Notes: generated from the sequence alone by a model not told the origin. DNA of 64,000 bases from Camelus ferus (GCF_009834535.1 NC_045697.1:85624001-85688000); one strand, 5' to 3'; shown: positions 24,357 to 37,245, counted from the first letter of the stretch. Made by a program: numbers and translations.

Positions 24357-26227
24357 CCAACACTGATTTAAAACAAAAATTTCCCAGCTCAAGCTATGCT
24401 TGTTCATTCTATACTGAGTGGAATCCTTAAGAAAACACTGTATTGCCTTGAGTTTCAAGGAACTGAGGCCCACTTAATCCATAATTGATGTTTGTTATAA
24501 AGAAACATATGAACTGACACCGCCTATAGAAGGTCATTATGAATCAATGATTCAAGATAGTTGTAAGGCTTACAAATCAATGTCTCTGTCCCTGTCCCTC
24601 TCTCTCTCCTCATTGCTACACACATCTATTCTTTTCTAGTCCAGTCATTATTTTATTATGTTACCTTATGTTCAATCATTTTTCCAATATTTAGTAGAAG
24701 TTCTGGAGGAATTGAGTCTAGCTGGCTTGGCTCATTGCCAATGTCCTTGAATCCACTGTCTGCTCAGGGGCAGAAGGGCTAGGGCTCTATGAACATATGA
24801 ACATAACTGGTAGAATCTGTGAGCACGTCTGGGCAAGAGTGTCTAGCATATCTCTGCTGGCTGGGGCCTGGGAGCCAGCAAGTCTCAGCTAGAAGGAGGT
24901 ACTGGGCATGATAGACACTGGTTCCCAGTGTAACAGGGAGAGGGAGCTGTCGCACGACACCGCAGGAAAGCCTCTAAGGGAGATGACGCTGCTTGATTTA
25001 AAAGCCTTTCTGTCTCCTACGACATTTTTGAGGAGGCACTCCCTTAGCTGCCTGTTACCAACTTTGCTTTTGGATGCTGAAATTCCCTCTCCTTCTCTTT
25101 CCTTTTTGAATAACTCCCCTCCTCCATGTATTCCTTCTCTAACTCTCTTTCCACACCCACATGCTGTTTTCAGATGTTCTGATGGTGGAAGGATGTCAAT
25201 TATTAAAAGCCAAGAAGTCTTTGAATTCTTTGTAGGAAGGATGTGACATAAATCTGAAAATAATTGAAGCCAGTGATTTTTTTCCGTATTGGTTTAGCTA
25301 TTTAAAATGAGTTCGGTGTTGCAAAGCCTTCAGGAGTTCTTTCTGTAATTCTACCACCCCATGCTAGCTAAATTTTTACAGTAGAAATAACTGTTTAATC
25401 ACTTCTCTCAAGTGAGATATTAGTAAAAAATTGCTCTCTTTGATTATTGCATTAGTTGCTCCTTAACTTCTGGTTATTCAGCTGTAATACATTCAAATCA
25501 TGGAGAAGCACTTTAGGGTTTCAAATGGCTTGACTACAATCATCAGAGAAATTCCTCCATTTTCCTGTGCTAGGCTTTAGGACATTGCTTTAGGTTTACA
25601 TTCATCAGGAGGCACGTGCTCATCATGACTTGCTGACTCGGGAATGGTTACAGCAAGCTGAGGCTTCAGAAATGCCTGAAGCAAAATAAGGGCAGGGACG
25701 GAATTTGTCGTTGTCAGGCACCTCCAGCACTCAGCGCCCAGTGTTCGCATGAGCCCTGCGGCCGTCTACTGTTGCACGCACACCACCGGGGCCACCTCTA
25801 GGCAGCACCCCTGTTCTCCGTTTTTCTAAAGACAACTTTCCTGGCCTCTGTCAAAATCTACCTGCCTCCACAAGGGCGCCTTGGCTCAGAGGCTCTAACC
25901 TCAGGATGACAGAGCGCTAACCTAATGAATGTTAATACGGCAATGCCACCGATAGATTATCTTAGATCAGGTGAGAGTATAGCTTAAGTGGTTATAATGT
26001 AACTCAAGAAGTAAATCTAAGCAGAGAGATTTTCAGTGCTAGGGTAGGCCTGAAGGTGGGGCGGGGGGTGGCAGAAAATGTGGACAGAACTGAAACCCTG
26101 AAATTACACTCCAATGTCTACAAGATAGATGAGAGCTTACTCCACTGGTTTATGAATCACTTTGAAGAAATTCTCTTTGTTCTGTAGTGAAGAATGGCAT
26201 TAACTACTGCCACCGGCATGCCCTCAC

Positions 26228-26386
26228 CTAGCATTGTGAAAGCCCTTTGGTTGGTGTATTGCCACTTCATTTTAAAAGGATGTACAAGTCCCTGGTGTCT
26301 TTCCACAGCAATGCAGGTCATTGTGAGTATTTCTGTCACGATAGCAGTGGACTGGACAAACGGCACCATCTTGCAAATGAAGGCAC
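26228..26386 (-). CDS. QRFPR: QRFPR coding exon 2 (TM3, ICL2)
   Basis: Acceptor ttccttgctgcag|GT, donor CTAG|GTGAGG, 159 nt, phase 1-1. Encodes (G)AFICKMVPFVQSTAIVTEILTMTCIAVERHQGLVHPFKMKWQYTNQRAFTML. Confidence 0.98.
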
Positions 26387-27239
26387 CTGCAGCAAGGAAA
26401 CAGGACAAGTTATACGGCAAAAAGAATAAAAGCTTTACCTGTGTCTTTGTAATTATCACAGTTAATTAATTCTGAGCCTCTGTTCAAAAGCGTTACGACT
26501 ATAATTACATTATAGATACAAAATAATTGAGAAAGGTTGCATTGACTAGTATTTTCTTTCCCTAAGTGGATTCCAAGTTTCTAAATTATGTGTAAATATG
26601 CATAACAGGACAATGGGAGGACAAGTAAGTATCTGGCCATTGATAATAGGCAGAAAAAAAACCAATGTTACCCTTGCTTGAGGAAAAGCAAAGTCTTGGG
26701 GTCTAAACCACAGAGTAGTCTTTGATTCTTTCTTCCCTTTTGGTTTCTTGTCAAATCATAACAAAGGAATAATTGCCACCAAAGACACACAGATTTCTTC
26801 TTTTATCTTTTATTCTCCTTGACTTCCTGTCCAGATAAGACCTTTACCCTCTTAAATGATTTCACTTTCTCTAATGAAAGGTACCAAACTGGAGGCCCTT
26901 GGGCCAGATTTGGCCTGTAACCATGCTTCGTTTGATTTACATAATTTAAAAAAATATTCAAATGCATTGTCCATATTTTAAAATGTTTCTACTCTCTGTC
27001 TGGTCCCTTTACCATTAGTATATGTGAGCCCGGGTCTGACATCTCTGCTCTTGAACCCATTCTTCTCATCACTGCCAAATTAATTATTCTGAACTAGAAG
27101 AAAATACTATGCACAGAGAATATAAAAAGTTGGCAGAGACTGAAGTCCAAGTTCTCACTCCAAGCAGTAATCCTCTTTTCAACTCTTCTCCCAAATGTTC
27201 TGCCCAGCTTTGCTTAAATACCCCCCGAGGAGGCTTCCT

Positions 27240-27655
27240 TGCTGGTACAATCCCTCCTCAGCCCTCACATGGCTTTTCCCTCTGCTTACAATATCCTTCC
27301 CCAGGAGAACGTCTTCACACTCTTCACTGAAGTCTATGCTCATTTGTCACCTTCTCAATGTGGCTGCCCGACCAGAGCAATCCTAGTGTAACTGCAGCCG
27401 GTCCCATTCCTGTCCCACCGTCTCTCATTCCTCACCTCTCTTATTCTACTCTCTTCTCATGACTCTTTCACATCCCAACATGCCATAAAATTTACTGATT
27501 TGTTTGTTTCATTGTTTATTGAAAGTTTCCCTACCCCTACTAGAATGTAAACACTCCAAGAGCATGGATTTTTGTCTGTTTTCTCATTGATGTCTTCCAA
27601 GAGTTTAGAATGGAACACAGAAGGCTCTCAACCGACACTCGTTGAATGTAACAGG
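27240..27655 (+). mobile_element. L2 (L2a-like) 3' fragment
   Basis: ctactagaatgtaaacactccaagagcatggatttttgtctgttttctcattgatg...gttgaatg. Confidence 0.8.
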
Positions 27656-28779
27656 ATGAGTGACTAGGAGGCTCTTAACCCTGTAAGGGTGACTCCATTC
27701 AACTTTGGAGAGGGTCTCATTGGAAAAAAGTACTTTTCAATAATTCTACCCACATCTAATTTTTCTTTCTAAGAGTTTTATAACTAACCGTCTTTTCCAA
27801 ATAGTCCCTCTTTATATATTTAAAAGAAGCTTTCATGTCACTCTTATCTTTTCTAGTTGCCCCAGCTATTCCTCATTTGATATGCTTTTCAGATCTTTCG
27901 ACCCCCCGGACACCTTCCACTAGACTTTCTTCAGTTTGTGACTGTGTGGTCCAGAGGGGAATCCACCGTGCTCAGGATGTGGTCTGGCTAAGGCAGAAAC
28001 GGTGAGGAATCCTGCCACCCCGGACCCAAATGCTCTCTTCTGTCAGTGTAACTGAAATTTACATTAGTCTTTTATGCTAGAATTTTCAAGTGGTTTTCAA
28101 GTGGTTTCTGTTGAACTTGAAATCAACCTGAAATAAATTGGGTTCATTTAACAGAAAATGTCTATTAACTGAAGATTCCCTTACTTCCCATCCTGTGACT
28201 TAGGTGGGGGGAAATCACTTAAATATTGCTAAAGATACTTCCATTCTAGTCCTTCTTGGAAGCTCCAAACAGCAACCTGAGAGCCCATCCCACACACTCC
28301 AAACCTCTGTTTCACTTCCTCAAATTCTAACCCTCTTCAAAGTTAAGGCTTTCCTTTCCAGCAAGGTAGTTTTGATACTAAGTGCAGGAATTTACTTTCA
28401 GTACTAAAATACTTCACTGCTTGAACACTGGTCATTCTGTGAATGAACTGCTTACCTCGAATCTTATTCTGGATGTGATACTTGAATAAATGAATATGTG
28501 AATAAATTATTCTTCTGGATATTTCTCCTATTCCTGTTTTTTTTTTAAAAAAAATGCTTAGAATTTCTTTGATTCTTTCAGCCAAATTGTTTATAAAAAT
28601 CCAAAAGTTGGACAGGCCAAAGTTAAAGGAACACCAGAAGAAACTTCCCATGAAATGGACATGGCTTCATCATCAACATATTTTAGGTATAACTACCCAA
28701 ACAAAAGTTATTGCTGCAGTGCTCACTGTAGTGTTATTGTAGAGCTCTCCATCCTAAATCTATCCATCTTGTCCATCAC

Positions 28780-28990
28780 AGTAGTGTGGAGGACTGGTCA
28801 CCTGATTCCCTGCTATCAGAATACACTCTGGCCTTGATGCACTAATCTATTAGTTAGCCACTCTGAACTTCAATTTCAGTATTTGCAAAAAGGGGTTAAT
28901 AATACCCACCTGTCATAAGACCAATGTGGGTACTTCAGAAAATGACATAAGCATCCAGTACAGGCTATGTCCTTTAATAAATGGCAGCCT
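28780..28990 (+). mobile_element. MIR SINE
   Basis: ttagccactctgaacttcaatttcagtatttgcaaaaaggggttaataatacccacc. Confidence 0.6.
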
Positions 28991-29059
28991 GATTAAATGA
29001 ATCGAGGTGAATTCACTACACTTGGAGCTGATAGATTTTTTTTGTGACTAAACTGCCCA

Positions 29060-29210
29060 TTAAAGGACATCCAGTTCCAGAACCTTATTTCCAAGATAAA
29101 GATACTGCAACTCAAAGGAGTTCAGTGATATGCTTGTGTCCACACAGCTGCTGAGTGACAGAATGAGGGCCTGAACCAAGTCGTCTGACTCCAGTCCCCA
29201 CTATGTCACC
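29060..29210 (-). mobile_element. MIR SINE (MIR3-like)
   Basis: ccttatttccaagataaagatactgcaactcaaaggagttcagtgatatgc...gtctgactccagtccc. Confidence 0.65.
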
Positions 29211-30850
29211 CTACTTTATCTGTATGTATTCATGCACATGGCAGTTTTCTTGTCTACATGCTCATAAATCAACTGTTTAATAATCCACTTGAGAATTTTG
29301 CACCAACCTGTCATCTTGCCCTTTTTATGAATCTAGACAGCATTTGCCCAACTCATTACTTCTGACATTTCTTCAATGAACTTTCTAAGAAATTACTGAC
29401 AGTGTTCTCTTGATCACATCTTCCAGTTTCTTCAGTGCTGTGGCAAGTAATTTATCTAGGCTGAAGCTTTGAGTTCTTTTAGAAACAGATACATGCTCTT
29501 TTGCTATCTAATCACTTATATTGGATCTTTATTTTCATCCTAAAAATCTTTGCTTTGCCCTTTTTCATTTGAAGGTTGCTTTCCAAGGTCTAAAATACTG
29601 AAGCAAAATAGGCTTTGAAGGGCTTTGTTTTTTCTCTACCCGTCATTAAATTTCTATCACTGATCTTCCCCGTCTTTTTCAGCTCCTTATTCTGGTAATC
29701 TCTCTGACTCTTTAGTCAGCTTATTCAACAGTTTAGCCTTCCCAAGGTGAATGGAAGAGGTCTCAGTTATTTTGCAAGAATGTGTCCTTTGTGATATTTC
29801 TTCTCATAAATGGCAATTTCAAGCTGGGATAATCCTAAAATTCCCCATATAGCACACTGTTCTCTTGGGATGTCCTTCCCTTTCATCTTTCTGGGATTAT
29901 CTGATTTTAATGTAAGAGTTGTGTTCCTGAGAGCCTGCCTGGAATGATTATTTCTTATATTTCAATTGTCCAACATCTGTCTTCATTTCCTAAGAGTGAC
30001 ACAGTTTCCTCTGGCACATGAACTCTCCCCTGTGTGGGCAGGTTAGGTACGAGGCCCTAATAAGGAAGACAAGGCAGAAACAAGATGGATATTCACCAAG
30101 ACTCTATCAGCTCCAAAAGTGTCAAAGTTACCTCAATTCTTTTAATCTGTTGAAAGAGTGCAATGAAGAGGGAAGGGAGGTGTGAGGTGGTGCGGTCCCG
30201 TGTTCACCAGATCGTCAGCATTAACAGACCACTGCTTAGTGACTGCTGCTGACCTCTAAGCACCCTTGGTCCCTGCCTACTGCAGGCCCATTCCACCAGC
30301 TTCACACTGGTCCCGGGAGCTTCCAGCATCCTTCCAGGACATTTATTTGAACACTTCTCTGTTACTACTTTTTCTCTGAAAGGCATGTTTCCTAAAATGT
30401 AGGATACTCTCTGGCCAACTTTACTTCGGTGTCTATTGTAAATTCTGAGAAAACACAGTCCAGATCCTATACTACAGTTTGCCTCCCTACTGTTACTGCT
30501 TCCATTTCTGCTATGTCGAGCCCTTGCATAGGAAATTACAATAATTCTCCTTTGCCTACTGGATTAAGAACAAATGCTTTGGTTAAGTATTTATTGCCTT
30601 ATATTTCCAACCTTAACTTATTTATACAACTTTATTTTCCAGTACAGAGTACCTTTGCACTAGATATGAATGGTGTCCACTCCCCTATCTACCCACACCT
30701 GTCCTCACCTCCCACCATACTCAGTGCAGGTCTCAGTGATTTACATAGAAATGAGACCTCATTATTTCTAAAAGTGATGCTTAGAAATTGAAATAATTTA
30801 GCCAGTATTTTTTTCCACCCTAGCATAATAGTGACTTTAAAAAGGATCCA

Positions 30851-31373
30851 TCAACAGGTGCCTGGATAAAGAAGTTGTGGTATATTTATACAATGGAATA
30901 CTACTCAGCTATAAAAAAAGAATAAAATAATGCCATTTGCAGCAACATGGATGGACCTGAAGATCATCATTCTAAATGAAGTAAGCCAGAAAGATAAAGG
31001 AAAATTACCATATATCATATCATATGGTATCATATTACCATATGATATCATATGTGGAATCTAAAAGAAATAAAAAAGAGGATAAACAAATAGACTCACA
31101 AACATAGTAAACAATCTAATGGCTACCAGGGGAAAGGGGGTGGGAAGAGATACATTTGGGAGTTTGGGGTTTGCAAATGTTAGCCACTATATATAAAAAT
31201 AGATTTTAAAAAATAAATTTCTTCTATATAGCACAGGGAACTATATTCAATATATTTAATGAAAACAAATATATGTATGTATATGCATGACTGGGACATT
31301 GTGCTGTACACCAGAAATTGATACATTGTAACTAACTATACTTCAATTAAAAAATAAATAATAAAAAATTTTT
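30851..31373 (+). mobile_element. young 5'-truncated L1 with TSD
   Basis: Little-decayed L1 3' end (tggataaagaagttgtggtatatttatacaatggaatactactcagc...), A-rich tail, and TSD aaaaggatcca at 30840-30850 and 31374-31384. Confidence 0.92.
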
Positions 31374-32267
31374 AAAAGGATCCAAGTGGAAAGGACAGAA
31401 TGAAAAGAACAGAGTATTCATACTTAGAAAAGAATAAAAACATTCTTTTATTAATTTAGAAAATGATATAATGAGTTATAATTGCATGAAATTATCTAAT
31501 GATAATCAAGCATTCTATGAAGAATTTGTTCGATGGCTGGCAATAAACAATGTGACTAGACATTTGCAGTTTTAAAGGAAAATTTACTTTTATACAACCA
31601 CTATTTGAAACAATGGTCTAACATACTATAAAATAATCTGGCATATAATCACGTTTATTTCCTATACCAAAAAAAACAAGCCATATTCAAACAATCGATG
31701 TGCCCTGCCCCAACACGGCCTGTAGGTCTCTAGTTTTTTCCCAGCATGTTTCTTTAGCATCTGCTAATGAGCAAGTTAACCAAATCCTGAAGCCTACCTC
31801 ATTTCCCTCAGCCACAACCTACAGTAAGAGAGTGGGGAACAAATTAAATATAGTCAAAGTAAGAATTGTTATATAAACTGTGGCTGAGAGCCACAAATGA
31901 ACAGAACCATGAATTCCCCCACAAGGAGGTCCTCCCAGAGATGATCCAGGCTGGAGGTTTCCACCAGTGTCCCATGGAGCCCCGTGTTCCTGCAGGGATG
32001 CTCTAGGAACCATCAAGAAGGGAGAAGGGGCTCTAAGCTCCACCCCTGCTTCAACTGCAGCAGCTCCACTGTGTCTAGTTTAATTTAATGGGGGTCCAGC
32101 ATGTGAGTCATCTGCAATTATAAAGGTGAAGTTATAAAACCCAAAGTAGAGTGGAATATCCCGCCAATTGGAGCCATACAGACTGAAGAGGAGAACCATA
32201 GTTCCTAAATATTTTTAAACAGATATGTGGCCCATCTCTCCTAGAATTTCAGCCCTCCTGATGATTA

Positions 32268-32475
32268 CAGCGGACCCTCGAACAACATAAGGGTTAGGGG
32301 CACCATCAAAAATCAGAGTATAGCTTGACATTCAGCCTTCCATATCTGAGGTTCCACATCTAAGGAGTCAATCAACCCTGTGTTGCGTAGAACTGCATGT
32401 AGTATTTACTACTGGAAAAACTTGCATATCAGTGGACCCTCGCCGTCCAAATCTGTGTTGTTCAAGAGTCAAATG
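32268..32475. mobile_element. Tigger2-derived MITE (MER8/Tigger2a-like)
   Basis: Imperfect TIRs cagcggaccctcgaacaaca / tgttgttcaagagtcaaatg, flanked by TA on both sides. Confidence 0.85.
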
Positions 32476-32805
32476 TAGTCTTACTTAGCATAAGAACTTT
32501 ACACAGCACTCTAGAATTATCCAGTGACTTATGAACTTTTTGATAATGCTGCATTTGTGTAACAGAAAAGAGAGAAGAACTTCGCCCAGGGAAAGGAAAC
32601 TCTGGCTCTAGACAAAAAGGAAGGCTACGAGAGTGGAGAGACAGGGACAAGACAGGGACAAGAGTCCTACAGTTGCCAGGTGCCAAGAGGAAGACTCAGG
32701 AAAGAGATTGTACTAGGAAGCTGACAGCAGAGGAGGTGAGCCATTTTTTCTCAGAATTCTTGTTAGGCAGGAGACAGAAGCTGCCCAGCTCACTCTGAGA
32801 GGAGG

Positions 32806-33122
32806 TAGTCCATTTGGGCTGCTCTAACAACATACCACAGATGGGGTGATATCAACCATAGCGATATATTTCTCACGGTTCTGGAAGTCAGAAGCCCGAG
32901 GTCAGAGTACCAGCCTGGTTGGGTGAGGACCTTCTTCCGGGGCGCAGACTTCTTGTTGTATCCTCACTTGGAAGAAAGAGCAAGAGAGCTCCATTCATGA
33001 GAGCTCCACCCTTCCTGACCTAAGTACCTCCCAAAGGCCCCATCTTTTAATATCATCACATTGGGCATTAGGATTTCAACAAATAAATTTAGGGGGCTGG
33101 CATAAACACTTAGACCACAGCA
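32806..33122 (-). mobile_element. MaLR solo LTR (MLT1A-like)
   Basis: tagtccatttgggctgctctaacaacataccacaga...tttctcacggttctggaag...cctcccaaaggccccatc...ttaggatttcaaca...agaccacagca. Confidence 0.88.
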
Positions 33123-33289
33123 AGGCACTTACCCCAAGTGGAACCGAAGAGAAACTGGATGAAATACATACTGCTGGCCCTGTCAAGAGTGCAGGGAAGG
33201 GAGTGGGAGCTGCATCTAGCCAGAAGGAGAGACGTTATGATGGGTAACTTTATATCAACTTGTATGTACCAATTTATGGGCTGTGGCCA

Positions 33290-35650
33290 GTGGAATTTTT
33301 GTGTCTAAGTTCATGAGAGATATTGGTCTGCAATTTTCTTTCTGTTGTACTGTCTTTGTCTAGTTTATGTGAGAGCAATAAAGCCTCATATAGTGATTTA
33401 GGAAGTGTTCCTTCCTCTTCTACTTTCTGGAAGAGTTTGTGTAAAAGTAGCGTAAATTTTTTAAATGTTTGGCAGAATTCTCCAGTTAAACTATCTGGGT
33501 TTTTCGGGAGCTTTTTAGTTACAAATTAAATTTCTTTGTATCTTCCTTTAAAAAATCTTCTTAAGCAAAGAATTATGAGAAAATGGTTCAAAAGTAGAAG
33601 GGCTGCAATAAAAAGAACGGGTGTCTGCCCACCCCTGCCCACCTGCTGTCCTGCTTCCCAACCCCTGCTTGGTTTTAATTCTTCTGGCAGGTACTTCACA
33701 TCTCTAAACAAATTGCTTCATATAGCCTTTTCTTGATTTACTGATTTTAGATGACGTATTTTGACTTTCTTCTAGGATATGGGTTTTTAGTTCACTATTA
33801 TCACCTCCCACCTCCGCTTCTCCCCACAGCTTTTAATTTTTTTTTTTTTTTTGTAGTTATAACACTTTCTTCAATAACTTCTTTGAAATAGTTTTAGGAG
33901 ATATTTCCTAAATTCTTACATGTGGTTTCTTCTAGCTTTGACTCATAAAGTAATATACTTAACTCCCTATTCATTGGTCTATCAGCTTCTAACAGTTTAT
34001 TTTGTCCCCAACTTTGCAAGATGATAATACCCCACTTTCTCAACTCACCTTTTTCTCTCCTCTTCCTTCCAATTTCTATCAACTATACCTTTACTTTATC
34101 AAGACTGATAGTTTTCATTCTGTTTCATAGCCACGTTAAGACTTTTTGCCTTTGGCCTACATTTTAATTATAAAAGATTAAAGCTATACACAGCATTTAA
34201 ATTATTATGACTATTTAAATATTATAACTACAAAGCCAATATGTTCTAAGTACATTTCTTCCTCTGATTCTATAGTCATGATCCTTGTGAATTTACTTAC
34301 TGCTCTAAAGCATGTCATATTCTAATGTGTTTTATACCTGGGCCATGACTTTTTTCATAGAGTATGTTCACTTATTTAATTGTTCCTGGAGTTTTAGGTT
34401 GCATTTCTGTTTTCTAGTTTGAAAAAGAAACATGTACCTTCTTCAGCACAGTGTAGCAGTTTAGAGTGTGAGCTCTGGAATTGGACTGCCTGGGTTTGGA
34501 ACATGGGTTAGTGACTAGTTAACTGTGTGACCTAAAGAAAGTTATCTTACTTTGCTGTGTCTGGGGTTTTCTTATCTACAAACAACGATGAAATAGCACT
34601 TGTCTCATAGGACTCTTAGAGGATTAAGTGAAATAATAAATACAACGTGTTTAGGACAGTGCCTGGCACTATGTGAAAGGGAGTTCATGAGTATTGGCTG
34701 CGTTTATTGCTGTCATCATCATCATTATAATTATCTTTACTATTACACCTCAACTTTTCACATAACATATTCACTACTTGGAGTTCATTCTAGTAATTGT
34801 TCTTTTAAGACTTTCTTCTAGAAGACTACTGACTTCCAGTTTTGATGACTGCAGTAATTTATGCATGTATGTATGTATTTATGTATGTGTGTATGTATGT
34901 ATTTTAAGATTGTGCTATAGCTGTCTTGAAATTCATTTGGAATGGATTTCTTCTCCACTGTTCCTTTTATGTCATGGTTTGTTATTTCTTGTATTTCATT
35001 CTTATTTTGTATGAATCTTTTTCAAGTAACTTCTTCAAAATAATGAGTTTAAAGTAAGCTTTTTAAGTTTTTGCTTTCTAAAAGTGGCTATAATTTGATT
35101 TTAAATTCAATATCATCTTTCTTTCGAATCTTGAAGATCTTACTTTATTGACTTTCAGCATCCACTTTTGGTGCTAATGTATCTATTACTGTCAGATTGA
35201 TTTTTGCTCCCTTATGAGTATCCTGGTTTACCATTTGGGAGCTTTTATTGATCTCTTTGTAATTGGACTTCTGAAATGCTGTGGAGATATGTGTTGAAGC
35301 ATGTGTCACTTTTCACTCTTTTACCTTGCATGTGCTTTTTGAATTTGGAGACTTCTGATTCTTTTATCTCTGTGTTTTTCTTCATTTATTTTTTAATGGA
35401 ATTCTTACTAATTAGATATTGGAATTCCTGGATGTATCCCTCCATGTTTATATCTTTTGTTTATACATATTTTTTGCTTTATAAATTCTCTTTGTCTATT
35501 TGGTCCTCATTATAGAGATTTTCTTGTCTTACCTTCCAGCTCTTATAATTTATATATAAATTCAGCAATCATATTTTCACTTTTAAGAGCTTTACTTTGT
35601 TCTCAAAATGTTTCTTTCCAGAGAAGCTCTTGATTTATGAAGTCAGTACC
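33290..35650 (-). mobile_element. old L1 fragments (ORF2 piece and 5'-region-like T-rich sequence)
   Basis: 33290-33540 is clearly reverse ORF2 (ggaagtgttccttcctcttctactttctggaagagtttg, ggcagaattctccagttaaactatctggg). The remainder is T-rich and L1M/HAL1-like, with vague boundaries. Confidence 0.6.
34445..34710 (+). mobile_element. near full-length MIR SINE
   Basis: gcagtttagagtgtgagctctggaattggactgcctgggtttg...ctgtgtgacct...gaggattaagtgaaataat...ttaggacagtgcctggcac. Confidence 0.88.
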
Positions 35651-37032
35651 CTCTTAAATCAAGATATCTCCTACTTACCATCAGTAACCCCACTCATGAA
35701 AATGAGATTCTGTGTGAAAATGTGCACAGGTAGCTATTTCACCATTATGTAAAATGCCAAATTAAACTCCCAACAGATTTCCTTAACTGTAACTAAAACA
35801 TAGTAAAAACCACCATTTAGTATGTAAAATGCTTAAAATACTGCTCCCTGATTGCAAAAACAGTTAGAGTGGTTGTTATCAAATGGTTTGTGTGCATGAT
35901 GCCCTGTATGCAGCATTGTCATGGTGCATCATGAATATTTTTTTCCAACAAGACATAGCAACCAGCACACAGAAATTAATAAATACATCAGAAAAATTCA
36001 GATAAATTTGCAACAAAAACAGGGCAGTTACCTTGGATGACCTGTTACCCCTGAAGAAATAAAGAGACTGGAAACTTGAAGAAAGCTGAAAGGAGAGGAG
36101 GGTTGAAGGGTAATCGTTGTCATTGGTTGTGGAAAGTGATGTCATGGGTAAGTTGGGTTGCAAAGGTGCAATTTCAGGCAAACTATAAAACTCAGAAACT
36201 GTCAGGTCTGTTTTTTGACTTTTTTAAAATCACTTTTGTGCTTGGGTAAGGACTCCTGAATGAATCTTCAAAGGAATTAGTTGATATTTTAGGATGAAAA
36301 ACTGCAGAATAAAGCTTCATTTACTCTCTTCTAGTTTACCAGTCACTCTTTCCATGGTGCTGTAAGAAATATCTGGCAGTAACATTTCCACCAAGTTCAA
36401 AGATAATGATTATCATTGTATTTGCAGAGCCCACAAGTCATTTTCAGCAAGCAATGTCCATTGGTTCAATTGAATGCTTTCCAGGCTATAACTGTGATTA
36501 ACTTTTTCAGACTGATATTCTGAACAACTTCAGTACTTTTTAATTTCTCATCATGACATTTAAAGAATTCTCCAACATCTTTTGCCACATGAAGTAACAT
36601 AGTCATAGATTGTAAGGATTAGGATGTGGCCATCTTTAAAGGACCACTATTCTGTCTTATTAACTGAGAATTAACATGACTTAACAAATGCCAGTGACTT
36701 TGCATAAAAATTTCAATTATCTCCAAAATAACATATAAAAGGAATACGGTACCAATCAAAATTTCAGGGGGACAAACACTCCCAGCTGTTCTTCATGGAA
36801 GGAGGGCAGGCATCAAACAATAACCCACAAGTAAACATAATTACAAAGCAGAATTCCAAGAAATTTTGTTTAAATTCAGACAAGGATAAAGGAGGCCAAG
36901 TATTTAAAAGACAAAAGTAAAATGTTGGATTAAAGTTGACTGAGAAAATGCCAATATGCATTAACGCAACGGTGGTGAGTAATCCCCGGAATGCTGACTA
37001 TTGCTTATCATCGATGTTATAAGGGAAATAAG

Positions 37033-37245
37033 CAGTGGTGTGCTGGTAAATGTTAACAACCAGCTCTCCAGGTTAAAAAGAAAAAAGTTTCTGATTTGTT
37101 AATTATTTGTTAATTTCCCTAGTTTAAATGCCCTCACTATGGCCAATTCCAAACTACCAAAATGGTATCAATGAGTGTGAAGCTCGGAATAGATATACAT
37201 AGTTGACGCACATGAGCTGGTACAGACTAGCTCCATCATACCATG
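37033..37245. mobile_element. hAT MITE (MER63-like)
   Basis: Starts cagtggtgtgctggtaaatgttaacaaccagctctcc and ends gctccatcataccatg (degenerate TIR). A related copy lies at ~51870-52045. Confidence 0.7.

Larger units (their letters stand above)
27780..29700 (-). mobile_element. CR1/L3 LINE remnants interrupted by MIRs
   Basis: tgtggtccagaggggaatccaccgtgctcaggatgtggtctggctaaggcaga (~27945-28000) and cttccagtttcttcagtgctgtggcaagtaatttatctaggctgaag (~29420-29470) resemble reverse L3 segments. Confidence 0.5.
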
